From a bacterium (GTDB taxonomy: Bacteria > UBA8248): a DNA stretch of 64,000 bases. The stretch is from NCBI GenBank assembly GCA_965207065.1, contig OZ242260.1:384001-448000 (forward strand), in the 5' to 3' direction. Position 1 is the stretch's first letter. Each line of letters begins with the position of its first letter. Positions 18,474 to 29,405 of the stretch are shown here, in pieces. The position numbers and the translations under genes were made by a program. The notes under the pieces are model-generated. The model made no database searches, was not told where the DNA came from, and saw only the letters and a list, made by a program, of their open reading frames with translations.

Positions 18474-20608
18474 AGGATCGTTTCCCCCCGCGCCACGGGC
18501 GGTTCGTTGCGGCCCCTCAGCAGGACCAGCGACTCTCCGGCGAGATGGTAGGATTCGCCCGAGTGGATCCGCCAGTTCCATCCTTTTTCATCGAATTCAG
18601 CCGTATCCATCACCACGGTCCATCTCTTCTTTCTGTCTTCTTCGAGGAAAACGAAGGGTATCGCCTCATGGTGCGCGTTCATGAGAACCATGAAAATATC
18701 ACGATTCCTGGGCCCAAGCCGAGAAAAATGTTCGTCGCCCGGCACCTCTCTCAGCCTGAAGCCGAAACATTTCATGAAGTGCACATCCCACTCTTCGGCG
18801 CTCATTTCATGGCCCAGGTGATGAAGCCAGGCGATCCCGGGTCTGTCCATCCGGTGCAGGCTTCTTTTCGGGAAAATCTCCATCCGCCGAAACGCCGTCT
18901 GAGACCCGGTCCAGCGGATGAGGTTTTTGACGAAAGAAAGCAGATTTCCGTTTTTCTCCGCCAGACTCCAATCCACCCAGGAGGTCTCGTTGTCCTGGCA
19001 ATAGGCGTTGTTGTTCCCCGTCTGCGTGCGGCCGAACTCGTCTCCCGCCTGAAGCATCGGCACGCCCTGGGAGAGAAACAGGCTCGCGAGCAGATTACGC
19101 TTGCGGCGCGCGCGCATGGTCGATACGAAAACGTCGTCCGTCGGACCTTCCACCCCGCCGTTCCAGCTATGGTTCTCATCCGCGCCGTCTTTGTTGTCCT
19201 CCCCATTCGCTTCGTTGTGCTTGTGCTGAAAGCTCACCAGATCCGCGAGCGTGAGCCCGTCGTGGCAGGCGACGTAGTTCAGACTCGCCTGGGGCGAACG
19301 CCCGCCGGCCTCGAAAACGTCGCTGCTCCCCGTCAGGCGCGTGGCGAACTCCGCCGCCTGGTTGAAATCCGCACGCCAGAAACGGCGGGCTGCGTCCCGG
19401 AATTCACCGTTCCATTCCGTCCAGCCCTCCGGGAAATTCCCCAGTTGATAACCCTCTTCGCCCAAATCCCAGGGTTCGGCGACGAGCTTGCGCTCCGAGA
19501 GGACCGGGTCGTCCGCGACCGCCCTGAAAAACGCGGATTCGGGGTCGAAACCCCTCTCCGTTCGCGCCAGAGTGGGAGCGAGGTCGAACCGGAAACCGTC
19601 GACGTGAAACTCTTCCGCCCAGTAGCGCAGGCTGTCCACGATGAGGCGCAGGACAGCCGGATGCGATACGTTCAGGGAGTGGCCGCAGCCCGTGGTGTCG
19701 GCGTAGCGGCTTTCATCCTTGGGGTCCACGCGGTAATAGACCCGGTTGTCGAGTCCGCGAAATGAGAGATGCGGCCCCCTGAAATCCCCCTCCCCGGTGT
19801 GGTTGTAGGCCACGTCGAGAATCACCTCGATTCCCGCGCGGTGATACGTCTTCACCATCTCCTTGAACTCATCGACCTGCCCGCCCCCTTCGCCGCGGCT
19901 GGAAAAGCGCGCATCGGGCGCGAAAAAGCCGAGCGTCGCGTACCCCCAATAATTGGAAAGCCCCAGCATTTGGAGACGCTGCTCCGAGACTCGGTGATGA
20001 ATGGGCAAGAGTTCGATGGCCGTTACGCCCAGATCTTTCAGGTATTCGATCACGGCCGGATGGGCAAGGCCCGTATACGTGCCCCTAAGTTCTTCGGGGA
20101 CTTCGGGATGCCGCATGGTGAAGCCTTTTACGTGCAGTTCGTAGATAACGGTCTCGGACCAGGGCGTGCCGGGCGGGGAGACATCCTCCCAGTCGAAGGA
20201 AGAATCCACGAGCACGCTCTTGGGCGCCGCGTGTGCGTTGTCCCTTGCATCGAAATGGTGGATGTCGCCATCCCGGTAGCCGTACATCTCATCGCACCAG
20301 TGAACGTCGCCCGCAATCGCCCGCGCATACGGGTCAAGCAGCACCTTGTAACCGTTGAAGCGATGCCCCTGCGCGGGCGCGTAAGGGCCGTGGACGCGGA
20401 ATCCATAGGGTTGCCCCGCGCCCAGGCCTTCCACCTCCGCGCGCCAGATGTCGTCATGCCTTTCGAGAGGAACCCGCGCCGTCTCCCTGCCATGGTCATC
20501 CGCATCGAACAGGCAAAGCTCGACCCCCTCCGCATTCTCGGAGAAAAGAGAGAAACGCACGCCCCCATCTATCCATTCGGCGCCCAGGCGCCCATCCGGC
20601 TGATTCAT
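18470..20608 (-). CDS. glgX: Glycogen debranching enzyme
   Basis: NYWGY, DVAYNHTGEG, DGFRFDLA, AEPWD and GNNNAYCQDNE. Confidence 0.95.
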   Translation of the reverse strand: MNQPDGRLGAEWIDGGVRFSLFSENAEGVELCLFDADDHGRETARVPLERHDDIWRAEVEGLGAGQPYGFRVHGPYAPAQGHRFNGYKVLLDPYARAIAGDVHWCDEMYGYRDGDIHHFDARDNAHAAPKSVLVDSSFDWEDVSPPGTPWSETVIYELHVKGFTMRHPEVPEELRGTYTGLAHPAVIEYLKDLGVTAIELLPIHHRVSEQRLQMLGLSNYWGYATLGFFAPDARFSSRGEGGGQVDEFKEMVKTYHRAGIEVILDVAYNHTGEGDFRGPHLSFRGLDNRVYYRVDPKDESRYADTTGCGHSLNVSHPAVLRLIVDSLRYWAEEFHVDGFRFDLAPTLARTERGFDPESAFFRAVADDPVLSERKLVAEPWDLGEEGYQLGNFPEGWTEWNGEFRDAARRFWRADFNQAAEFATRLTGSSDVFEAGGRSPQASLNYVACHDGLTLADLVSFQHKHNEANGEDNKDGADENHSWNGGVEGPTDDVFVSTMRARRKRNLLASLFLSQGVPMLQAGDEFGRTQTGNNNAYCQDNETSWVDWSLAEKNGNLLSFVKNLIRWTGSQTAFRRMEIFPKRSLHRMDRPGIAWLHHLGHEMSAEEWDVHFMKCFGFRLREVPGDEHFSRLGPRNRDIFMVLMNAHHEAIPFVFLEEDRKKRWTVVMDTAEFDEKGWNWRIHSGESYHLAGESLVLLRGRNEPPVARGETIL

Positions 20609-20854
20609 CTTCCTCCCGCCTGAAAATTTTCATCGCTCCCGACGAACAAAATCACGAGCACAAAAACGTAATCGCTAAAAACATCCGCCGTGTATTAAAA
20701 CATCATACCCGATTTTTGTTGTGATTTTGTTACAAAGATTTGCCTTGTAAGTGGACTGGCCGATTCGGCAAAAGGTCTCATTTCACCTTTTTCCGGAAAA
20801 GGCTGTAGAATCGCCGCGTCCATCGTAAGGCCGAAACATCGAATTCACCCCCAA

Positions 20855-22036
20855 ATGGAGAGCGCTTTGAAGATCATCGACATCCGCGAGACGGTGGTTC
20901 CCATTCAATCGGACTTGAGAAACGCGTTCATCGATTTCTCCCTGATGACGGTGAGCGTCGCCGCGCTGGTCACGGACGTCGTGCGCGACGGGGGGCGCGT
21001 CGTCGGTTTCGGCTTCAACTCGAACGGACGCTACGCCCAGCAGGGGCTTTTGCGCGAGCGCATCATCCCCAGGCTCGAGGAAGCGGAACCCGAGTCGCTG
21101 CTCAACGAGGCGGGGACGAACTTCGACCCTTCAACAATCTGGGACTGCATGATGAAAAACGAAAAGCCCGGCGGGCACGGCGACCGCTCCGTCGCCGTGG
21201 GCATCATCGACATGGCCGTATGGGACATGGTGGCGAAAATCGAGGAAAAACCGCTCTACCGCCACCTGGCGGATACCTATCGTGGCGGGGAGTGCGATGA
21301 AAAGGTATCCGTCTACGCCGCCGGGGGCTATTACTATCCCGGAAAAGACCTGAAAGCGCTTCAGAACGAGATGAGGAGCTATCTCGACCGCGGCTACACC
21401 ACCGTCAAGATGAAGATAGGCGGTGAGGCGCTCGATGACGACGTGAAGAGAATCGAGGCGGTGCTCGAAATCGTGGGCGAGGGGCGGAACCTCGCGGTGG
21501 ACGCCAACGGAAAATTCGACCTTAAAACCGCCATCGCCTACGCCGAGGCGCTCTCGCCCTACAATCTCCACTGGTACGAGGAGGCGGGCGACCCGCTCGA
21601 TTACGCGCTCCAGGCCGAACTCGCCCGGCATTACGACAACCCCATGGCGACGGGGGAGAACCTCTTCTCCACCCAGGATGCGCGAAACCTGATCCGCTAC
21701 GGGGGGATGCGCCCGGGCGTGGATATCCTCCAGTTCGACTGCGCGCTCAGCTACGGCCTGGTGGAATACCTGAGAACGCTGGAAATGGCGGAGGCCCACG
21801 GCTGGTCGGCCCGCTCGTTCATCCCCCACGGAGGACACCAGCTCTCGCTCAACATCGCGGGGGGACTGGGCCTGGGCGGCAGTGAGTCCTACCCCGACGT
21901 GTTCAAGCCCTTCAACGGCTTCGCCGACGGCGTGCCGGTGGAAGACGGCTACGTCGGCTTCCCCGACCTGCCGGGACTCGGCATCGAGGACAAGGCTGCG
22001 CTCAAGGACGTGTTAAGGGAGTTGTCCGCAATCTAG
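20855..22036 (+). CDS. Enolase-superfamily dehydratase (D-tartrate dehydratase-like)
   Basis: GFNSNGRY, NEKPGGHG, KMKIG, VDANG, ATGENLFS and PHGGH. Confidence 0.85.
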   Translation: MESALKIIDIRETVVPIQSDLRNAFIDFSLMTVSVAALVTDVVRDGGRVVGFGFNSNGRYAQQGLLRERIIPRLEEAEPESLLNEAGTNFDPSTIWDCMMKNEKPGGHGDRSVAVGIIDMAVWDMVAKIEEKPLYRHLADTYRGGECDEKVSVYAAGGYYYPGKDLKALQNEMRSYLDRGYTTVKMKIGGEALDDDVKRIEAVLEIVGEGRNLAVDANGKFDLKTAIAYAEALSPYNLHWYEEAGDPLDYALQAELARHYDNPMATGENLFSTQDARNLIRYGGMRPGVDILQFDCALSYGLVEYLRTLEMAEAHGWSARSFIPHGGHQLSLNIAGGLGLGGSESYPDVFKPFNGFADGVPVEDGYVGFPDLPGLGIEDKAALKDVLRELSAI

Positions 22037-22090
22037 ACGACTCAGGATTCACCGCTTCGGCGAAGCGCTCGGCGTCCTCGCCGCGCCGCC

Positions 22091-23395
22091 TCACGACACC
22101 CGTAGCGCAACCCGGTGCATCGTGTTGTTGAGGTATCCATTCGGGTTCCAGTCGATGGCGTGGGGCTGCATCACACCCGCGCTGTCGGTCGCCCGCGCCC
22201 AAATCTCGTAGTAACCGGCTTCCGGGAATCTTAAATCTGCGCGGAAGGTCTGCCAGGCCCCATCGTTCACGGGGGCGTCCAGCGCAGCCGGCTTCCATGT
22301 CGCGCCGAAGTCATCGGAGATGTCGACAGCGGCGACCGTCCGGTCTCCCGACCAGGCATGACCGCGCACTTCCACAGCGCGCGCCGAAACCGCCCCGTTC
22401 GCGGGGTAGGTGATCAGCGATTTGACGGGCATCCGCTCGATGATGACGAAATCTTTCTCCTCCACCTCCTCGCCCGGCTCGATCCTGTATCGCGGCACCC
22501 GGTAGGAGGTCCCCGTCATCTTGGGGCCGTCGTGCACGACGTCGCGGAGGTAGATGCGCCGGAGCCATTTCTGCGAGCAAGACCCCGGCCAGCCGGGAAC
22601 GACGAGCCGCAGCGGCGCCCCGTTCATCGGATGAATCGGGCCGCCATTCTGGCCAAAGGCGATGAGCACGCCCTCCGACATCGCCTTGGCGATCGGCACG
22701 CCGCGCGAGATGGGCAGCTTGCCGGGCTGACCGGAGAGGTCCCCGTCCGCGCCGACGTGGGCGGTGTAGACGACATTGGGCCGCACGCCGGCTTCCGCCA
22801 GCACGTCCTTGAGCCGCACCCCTGTCCACTTCGAACAGGCGACCGCCCCGTGGGTCCACTGGGAGCCCTTTACCGGCGGATTGAAAAAGGCCCGCCCGTT
22901 GCCCCCGCATTCGATGACGAGGGCCATCGTGACGACTTCGAACCTCGAGCGAAGCTCGTCGATCGATAAGGTCATGGGGCGTTCTACGAGACCATCGACG
23001 GTGAGGGTCCAGGCGTCCGCCGACGCTTCGGTGGGCGGGACGCCGTTGTTGCGAATGAAGTGCCGGGATGTCGGGGTGACCGGGTCGTCGAGCAGATGGG
23101 GCGGCGTTTCGGCGTTGAGCGGTCGCTTGTTCAGCAGCGTGAGGCCGTCCTTTCCGACAAGCTGGTTCTCGTCGGCGAAAACGGCCGGAATGAACCCCGC
23201 CGGCATGCTGCGGTGAAACGGAATCGCCGCGCCCACCATCGCCGTCATGGCGGCAAGCCCGGCGCCCCGCAGAAAGCCGCGCCTGTCGAAACTGGTTTCT
23301 CGTCCGAAAAAGGCGCTATCCGCCGCCACCGGGTCCGCGGCGAAGAATTCGTGTATACCCCGGGCCTCGGAGGATGCGGATTCCTCTTTCGACAT
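22091..23395 (-). CDS. Tat-exported sulfite oxidase-family molybdoenzyme
   Basis: DRRGFL twin-arginine motif, LNAETP, FIRNNG, ECGGNGR, GAPLRLVVPGW and WNPNGYLNN. Confidence 0.9.
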   Translation of the reverse strand: MSKEESASSEARGIHEFFAADPVAADSAFFGRETSFDRRGFLRGAGLAAMTAMVGAAIPFHRSMPAGFIPAVFADENQLVGKDGLTLLNKRPLNAETPPHLLDDPVTPTSRHFIRNNGVPPTEASADAWTLTVDGLVERPMTLSIDELRSRFEVVTMALVIECGGNGRAFFNPPVKGSQWTHGAVACSKWTGVRLKDVLAEAGVRPNVVYTAHVGADGDLSGQPGKLPISRGVPIAKAMSEGVLIAFGQNGGPIHPMNGAPLRLVVPGWPGSCSQKWLRRIYLRDVVHDGPKMTGTSYRVPRYRIEPGEEVEEKDFVIIERMPVKSLITYPANGAVSARAVEVRGHAWSGDRTVAAVDISDDFGATWKPAALDAPVNDGAWQTFRADLRFPEAGYYEIWARATDSAGVMQPHAIDWNPNGYLNNTMHRVALRVS

Positions 23396-23443
23396 GGCGT
23401 CCTCCTCTTGCGGACAACCGCCTGGAGAGAATCGCACTGCAGC

Positions 23444-24448
23444 CTAGACGAACTCGGGCATCACCTCTTTGGCGAAGCGCTCGAGCGTCCTCAGGACGAG
23501 CTCCTGCGGCATCCCCGGCCACTGAACCCGGAACGCCATGTGGTCCACGCCCAACTCGTCGCGGTGGCGCCTGATGTCCTCGGCCACGTCTTCCGCCGAG
23601 CCGATCAGGAACCTGTCGGAGCGCAACTCGTCTAGCGGCATCCGGAGCGTGTCGCTCTCGGGCAGCGCCTCGCTCTGGCCCCACTTCACATAGACGTTGT
23701 ATTTCACCCCCAGATAATCCGCGCATTCGCGAAAGGCACTCTCCCTGTCCGCGCCGATGAACATCTCCTTGATGACCGGCGTCGCATCGGGCGCGCCCTT
23801 GCCCGCGGCTTCGCGCTCGGCGTGAAACATCTCCATCTGGCGCTTCAAGGTGTCGAAGCGCGCATGGGGATTCAGGAACCACGCCTCTCCCATCCGCGCC
23901 GCGCGCTTCACCGCGCCGTCGCCATTCGCCGCTATCCAGATGGGAGGTCTCGGCTTCTGGATGGGCCGCATGGTGAGGTTTACGTCTTCGAGCTTTACGA
24001 CCTCGCCCTCATAATCGAGCGTCCCCTCTTCGAGCAGGCGGGTGAGGGCTTCGAGTTTCTCCTCGAAAGCCTTGATGCGATAGGGTTTCGTGAGGCCGAA
24101 CGCGCGGTATTCGGGCTCGCGGTAGCCCAGCCCCACGCCGAGCACGAAGCGGCCCTTCGTCATGGCGTCGAGCGTGGCGACCTGCTCGGCCACGTCCACC
24201 GGGTTGTGAAGAGCGAGCAGCAGGATGCCGGTGCCGACGGTCATATCGCCCGCGTGAGCCGCCACCTGGGCGACGCTCGGCCAGGTCTGCATCATCCAAA
24301 CACCCTCGGTGAGATAGTGCTGTCCGCACCAAACGCTGTGAAAGCCCAAATCCCGAATCAGGCGCACCTGTTCGAGATGCTCCTCCCAGCGTTCCCCGGG
24401 GTCATCCCCCAGGGAGTGCTGGTTCATGACGAACATGCCGAATTTCAT
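23444..24448 (-). CDS. LLM-class flavin-dependent oxidoreductase
   Basis: PVDVAEQVATLD, GRFVLGVGLGYREPEY and QKPRPPIWIA. Confidence 0.9.
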   Translation of the reverse strand: MKFGMFVMNQHSLGDDPGERWEEHLEQVRLIRDLGFHSVWCGQHYLTEGVWMMQTWPSVAQVAAHAGDMTVGTGILLLALHNPVDVAEQVATLDAMTKGRFVLGVGLGYREPEYRAFGLTKPYRIKAFEEKLEALTRLLEEGTLDYEGEVVKLEDVNLTMRPIQKPRPPIWIAANGDGAVKRAARMGEAWFLNPHARFDTLKRQMEMFHAEREAAGKGAPDATPVIKEMFIGADRESAFRECADYLGVKYNVYVKWGQSEALPESDTLRMPLDELRSDRFLIGSAEDVAEDIRRHRDELGVDHMAFRVQWPGMPQELVLRTLERFAKEVMPEFV

Positions 24449-24470
24449 ATCACCCTCTCGTTTTGTCTTG

Positions 24471-25376
24471 TTAGTCCTTGGTTCCGAAATCATCGGCCAG
24501 GGCGATGACTTTTTCCGCCGCCTCGACCACCGGATAGTCGATCATGCGCCCGCCGACGGAGACGCTCGCCTCCCCCCGCGCCGTCGCCTCCTCGAAGGCG
24601 ACGACCACTTCGCGCGCCTTTTCGACTTCATCTTTCGTCGGCGTAAACGCGTGGTTCACGATTTCCACCTGCCTGGGGTGGATGCAGAACTTGCCGAACA
24701 TGCCGAGCAACCGGCACCGCACGGCGCTCGCCGCGAGGCCCTCCTGATCGTCCAGGGCTATCCACACCGTGTCGAGCGGTTTCTCCCGGCCCGCGCTGCG
24801 CGAGGCCACAGCGATTCGAGAGCGCGGGTAGTCGAAAGTGAACTCATCGCGCGGCCACTCGATGTCCAGATCGTTGGTGTAATCCCCCGCCCCGAATGCG
24901 AGCTGGAAACGCCGCTCTCCCGTATCGGCGGAGGCTATCGAGAAAGCATCCTCCACGCCCCGGGCGTTCTCGATGATGGCGAGCAGGTGAATGCCTCCCG
25001 CCTCACAGCCCGCTTTTCTTTCCGCATCGCGGATCAGCCTGTCGGCCGCCAATATCTGTCCGGCGTTCTCCGCCTTGGGCAGCACGATTCCCCGCAGCGC
25101 GGGCCCCACGACGGCCGCGATGTCCTCGGGACCGCAGGCGATGGAAAAGCCCGTCACGTCATCCAAGGGATTCACACGCACGAAAACGTCCGCCCCGTCT
25201 TCTTCGGCAATCGTCTTGACCGCTGCACCGAGCGCATCGCGCGTGGATGTCTTCTCATCGGCGGGTACGGCGTCTTCCAGGTCCAGAACGACGGCGTCGG
25301 CCCCGGCCTTGCCCACTTTGGCGAGCATTCTCTCCCTGTTTCCGGGGGCGAAGAGAATCGTCCGGTAGAGTTTCAT
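24471..25376 (-). CDS. CitE-like CoA ester lyase
   Basis: LFAPGN, DLEDAVP, LPKAE, GKFCIHPRQV and MIDYP. Confidence 0.88.
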   Translation of the reverse strand: MKLYRTILFAPGNRERMLAKVGKAGADAVVLDLEDAVPADEKTSTRDALGAAVKTIAEEDGADVFVRVNPLDDVTGFSIACGPEDIAAVVGPALRGIVLPKAENAGQILAADRLIRDAERKAGCEAGGIHLLAIIENARGVEDAFSIASADTGERRFQLAFGAGDYTNDLDIEWPRDEFTFDYPRSRIAVASRSAGREKPLDTVWIALDDQEGLAASAVRCRLLGMFGKFCIHPRQVEIVNHAFTPTKDEVEKAREVVVAFEEATARGEASVSVGGRMIDYPVVEAAEKVIALADDFGTKD

Positions 25377-25551
25377 GGATGGTTCTCCTTTTCTCTCATT
25401 ATCTAAAGTGATGTGTTTTTACCCTTGATGGCGGCGCTTGCCAAGCCGTAGCGGCCTTGCATTTCGGGACAAACACCTGCTTTCGTTTCGGCTCGTCGGC
25501 GGATGGAATATAATCACCCGAAAATCAACGAAACCCCTTTGGAGAGTTTTC

Positions 25552-27225
25552 ATGAATCCCGATGAACTGCTGCACCGCCCCATCACGGAGTTGTCCGCCC
25601 TCATCCAGGCCGGCGAAACGAAGCCGAGCGAGGTGCTTGAAGCCCACATCGCCAGAACCCAGGGGCTGGACGCCACAATCAACGCCTTCACGAGGACCAC
25701 CTTCGACCTCACCAGGGAACAGGCGGAGCGGCTGGATTCAGAACTCGCCGCTGGAAACTACCGGGGGCCGCTCCACGGGATTCCCGTCGCGCTCAAGGAC
25801 CTGTTCGACCTCGAAGGCCACCCGACCACGGCGGGCAGCCGGATTCTGGGGAAAGTCGCGGCGGTCGAGACGGCGGAATGCGTGCGCAGGCTCATCGAAG
25901 CGGGGGCGGTCATCATCGGAAAGACGAACTTGCAGGAATTCGCGCGCGGCGGCACCGGGGCGAACAGCGCTTTCGGCCCGGCGCGAAACCCCTGGAGCCT
26001 CGACCACACGCCCGGGGGGAGCAGCAGCGGCTCAGCCGCCTGCGTGGCGGCGGGGATGGCGGCGGCAGCGCTCGGCTCCGACACGGGCGGCTCGGTGCGC
26101 CTGCCCGCTTCGTTCTGCAACCTGGTGGGCATCCGCTCCACCTATGGGCGTGTGAGCAGGGCGGGGGCCGTGCCCTTGGGTTTGAGCTTCGACAACGTGG
26201 GTCCCCTCACGCGCACGGTGGAAGACGCCGCCCTCATCCTGCAAGCCATCGCAGGCTCAGACCCCAAAGACCCGACGACGGGAACCGGGCCTGCTCCCGA
26301 TTTCCTGGATTCCGTGAACGAGGGCGTGCGCGGCATGACGCTCGGCGTCGCGACCAACCATTTCTGGCCGGGGGAGGATCCCGAGGCGGAGGCTATTGTG
26401 CGCGAGGGTATCGCCCGGTTTGAGGCGTTGGGCGCGCGTGTCGTGGAAGTGGAAATCCCCTGGGCGAGGCTCGGCCAGGTCGCCTACGCCGCGACCGTGG
26501 GGCCTGAGGGTGCGGAATACCACCGTAAATTCCTCGAAAACCACCGGGATGGGTATGTATCCCCCGGAGCGGATTTTTTCGAGTACAGCCTCTTCATTCC
26601 GGGCTGGCGGTACGTGCAGGCGCAAAAGGCCCGAACGTTCTTCATCCGTCAGGCGGCGGAGGTGTTCAGAAAAGTGGACGCCGTGCTCACGCCCACTGTT
26701 GCCATTGCGCCCCCCACAATCGCGGATTGTCTCGACGGCATGAAGATGTGGCCGATAGTGAGCGACAATACGGCCGCCTTCAGCACCATCGGCAACCCCG
26801 TGCTCCAGGTCCCCTGCGGGTTCACGAAACGGCGCCTGCCCGTCGGCCTCCAGATTGCGGGGAGATGGGGGGATGAAGCGCGCCTGTTCCGAATCGGCAA
26901 GGCGCTGGAAGACGATAATCCGCTGTGGAATATTAAGCCGCCCGAGGTGGACGAGCAGCCGCCTCCCCAAGAATATCCAGACCCCTCCGCCTCACCGCCG
27001 CAAGAAATGACGGAGACAGAAGCCGCCGCCCACATTCTCGCCATGGCGAAAACCATGGGCTATGCGATCGACAGGGATAAAATATCGCCGGATGGACTCG
27101 CCCAGGGCGTTTCGAACATGCTCGCGGGACTGGAAAAACTCGACGACCTCGCCCTCGATGATTGCGAACGCGCGGAGACGCTCAACCTGCTCGAAATGGA
27201 TTTCGACTCCATCCCCAGCCCGTAA
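25552..27225 (+). CDS. Amidase-signature enzyme with C-terminal extra domain
   Basis: GPLHGIPVALKD, GKTN, PGGSSSGS and GSDTGGSVRLP; GGAG RBS before ATG 25552. Confidence 0.9.
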   Translation: MNPDELLHRPITELSALIQAGETKPSEVLEAHIARTQGLDATINAFTRTTFDLTREQAERLDSELAAGNYRGPLHGIPVALKDLFDLEGHPTTAGSRILGKVAAVETAECVRRLIEAGAVIIGKTNLQEFARGGTGANSAFGPARNPWSLDHTPGGSSSGSAACVAAGMAAAALGSDTGGSVRLPASFCNLVGIRSTYGRVSRAGAVPLGLSFDNVGPLTRTVEDAALILQAIAGSDPKDPTTGTGPAPDFLDSVNEGVRGMTLGVATNHFWPGEDPEAEAIVREGIARFEALGARVVEVEIPWARLGQVAYAATVGPEGAEYHRKFLENHRDGYVSPGADFFEYSLFIPGWRYVQAQKARTFFIRQAAEVFRKVDAVLTPTVAIAPPTIADCLDGMKMWPIVSDNTAAFSTIGNPVLQVPCGFTKRRLPVGLQIAGRWGDEARLFRIGKALEDDNPLWNIKPPEVDEQPPPQEYPDPSASPPQEMTETEAAAHILAMAKTMGYAIDRDKISPDGLAQGVSNMLAGLEKLDDLALDDCERAETLNLLEMDFDSIPSP

Positions 27226-27232
27226 GAAACGC

Positions 27233-28357
27233 CTAGTCCGGCTTGAGCAGGACTTTCAGACACTCACCCGTGCCCGTGACCTCGATGCCCGCCTGCACCT
27301 GGGAGAGCGGCAGGCGGTGGGTGAAGATGTCGTCAATCGGCAGGTCCGTTCTGAGCAGCATGTCCATCGCCGGTTCGAACTGCACCTGGGGATACGCCCA
27401 TGAGCCGCAGATGTCCACGTCCTTGTTGCACACCTGGTGGGGCCTGATCTCCACCCCGCCCGGGTCGCCGTAATGCCCGACCTCGACGAGCTTCCCGCCG
27501 CGGCGGACGATGTCCAGCCCCTCGGCGAAGGCAGCGGGAACGCCTGCCGCCTCGATAACCACGTCGGGCCCCACGCCGTCCGTCCAGGAGAGGATCTGTT
27601 CTTTTCTTTCTTCCTGCGTGAGCGCCGACAGGCTCACCATCTTCGTGGCGCCGAATTTTCTGGAGAACGCGAGTCGTTCTTCGCTCATATCCACCGCGAT
27701 TATCTCGCCCGCCCCCATCGTCTTGAGAGAAGCCACAACGAGCAGACCGATGGGGCCCACGCCCATGACGGCGCACCGAGCGCCCACGCCGAACCCCTCC
27801 CCCGCGTAGGGGATGCCCGGCGAGAGCGAACGTCCCGCCGCTCTCTGGGCCACCGCCAGGGGTTCGCATAGCGTGGCGCGCTCGAGCGAGAGACCCTCGG
27901 GCAGCTTCAGGACGAAGGAGTTTCCCGGGATGTACATATATTCCGAAAACGCCCCGAAAAGGTGCGGCGCCTCGGCCGAGGTGCGGAAACCGAAAACCGT
28001 GCGGTTCGGGCACAACTGGGGCCGGTGCGGCGTGTGAATGCAGAACCAGCATTTCCCGCAGGCCTGGCTCCCCGGCGCCACGGTGATGGCGTCTCCTTCT
28101 TCGATGGGGCCGCCCACGATCTTCATGTTCGCATTCGCCAGGGGACCCATCTTCTCGACGATCCCGCTGAACTCATGACCCGGAATTACCGGCCACGCCA
28201 GGTTCAGGTTGCCCCCGTACATGTGCTTGTCCGAACCGCAGACGCCGACGGCGGACACCTTCATCAAAAGGGCGTCGTCCTCAATCTCGGGCATGGGGTA
28301 TTCACGCAGGGCGATCTCGCCCGGCTGTAGGATCGTGGCGGCCTGAACGGTGGACAT
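27233..28357 (-). CDS. Zinc-binding (MDR) alcohol dehydrogenase
   Basis: GVCGSD, PGHE, CGKCWFC..C and GVGPIG. Confidence 0.9.
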   Translation of the reverse strand: MSTVQAATILQPGEIALREYPMPEIEDDALLMKVSAVGVCGSDKHMYGGNLNLAWPVIPGHEFSGIVEKMGPLANANMKIVGGPIEEGDAITVAPGSQACGKCWFCIHTPHRPQLCPNRTVFGFRTSAEAPHLFGAFSEYMYIPGNSFVLKLPEGLSLERATLCEPLAVAQRAAGRSLSPGIPYAGEGFGVGARCAVMGVGPIGLLVVASLKTMGAGEIIAVDMSEERLAFSRKFGATKMVSLSALTQEERKEQILSWTDGVGPDVVIEAAGVPAAFAEGLDIVRRGGKLVEVGHYGDPGGVEIRPHQVCNKDVDICGSWAYPQVQFEPAMDMLLRTDLPIDDIFTHRLPLSQVQAGIEVTGTGECLKVLLKPD

Positions 28358-28508
28358 CGAATCCGTCTCCTCGAAGCGATGGTTTTGAGCGCCGGAAATC
28401 GGCGCGGAGCGTCTCTGGAAGTTGTTATGAGCGCTACTTTAGCGTATCTCTAATTCCCGCCACAATGAACGCAGTGGAAGCGAACACCGAATTACTTGAG
28501 GAACCTTC

Positions 28509-29372
28509 ATGCCGCTCGATAAGACGCTCGCTATCTTCGGCTACCCCCTGGGGCATACGCTCTCGCCCGTCATGCACAACGCGGCGGCGCAGGCGCTGGG
28601 GCTGCCCTACCGTTTCACGGCGTATGAGGTGCACCCGGACCAGTACGAAGAAGCGGTTCGCGGCGCGGGCGCGATGGGTTTCGCGGGCTTTTGCGTCACC
28701 ATTCCCCATAAGGTCGCCACGTTCGAACTCGTGGACGACGTGAGCGAAGATGCGAGGCTCATGGGCGCGGTGAACATGGTGACGTTCGAGGAGGGCGGCA
28801 GGCTCAAGGGCCACAACACCGACGGCGCGGGCTGGCTCCGCTCCCTGGAAGAGGAAACGGGCGTATCGCCCAAAGGAAAAAGATGCCTGATTCTGGGCGC
28901 GGGCGGGGCCGCGCGGGCCATCGCCATCAAGCTTGCGCAAACCGGCGCGGCGCATATCGAGATTCGAAACCGCACGGCGGAAAAGGCGGTATCGCTGGCG
29001 GAAGAAGTGAAATCCCATTTTCCGAATACTGAAATTCACGGAGGTGGCCTGGATGCGCTTGAATCCGCCGCCCGAGAACGGGATATTATCGTCAACACGA
29101 CGAGCCTGGGGATGAGCGGGGATAAAGAAAGGGAGGCGGCCTGCTGTCTTCCCGAGGAGTTCATACCGCCGGATAGCATCTGCGCTGATGCGGTCTATAG
29201 CCCGCTCGACACCCCGTTTCTGAAGGCCGCCCGAAGAAAAGGCGCGCGCGCCGTCTCCGGTATCGGCTGGCTTTTACACCAGGGCGCCCTGGGCTGGGAG
29301 CTTTGGACAGGTACGCAGATGCCGGTCGAACATGTGCGCGAGAAGATGCTCGAAGCGCTTCAGAATCGATAG
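28509..29372 (+). CDS. aroE: Shikimate dehydrogenase
   Basis: GYPLGHTLSP.MHN, VTIPHK, GAVN, NTDG, LGAGGAARA and NRT. Confidence 0.88.
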   Translation: MPLDKTLAIFGYPLGHTLSPVMHNAAAQALGLPYRFTAYEVHPDQYEEAVRGAGAMGFAGFCVTIPHKVATFELVDDVSEDARLMGAVNMVTFEEGGRLKGHNTDGAGWLRSLEEETGVSPKGKRCLILGAGGAARAIAIKLAQTGAAHIEIRNRTAEKAVSLAEEVKSHFPNTEIHGGGLDALESAARERDIIVNTTSLGMSGDKEREAACCLPEEFIPPDSICADAVYSPLDTPFLKAARRKGARAVSGIGWLLHQGALGWELWTGTQMPVEHVREKMLEALQNR

Positions 29373-29405
29373 TATCCACCTGAGACAAGGAGCCTGAGAA
29401 ATTCC

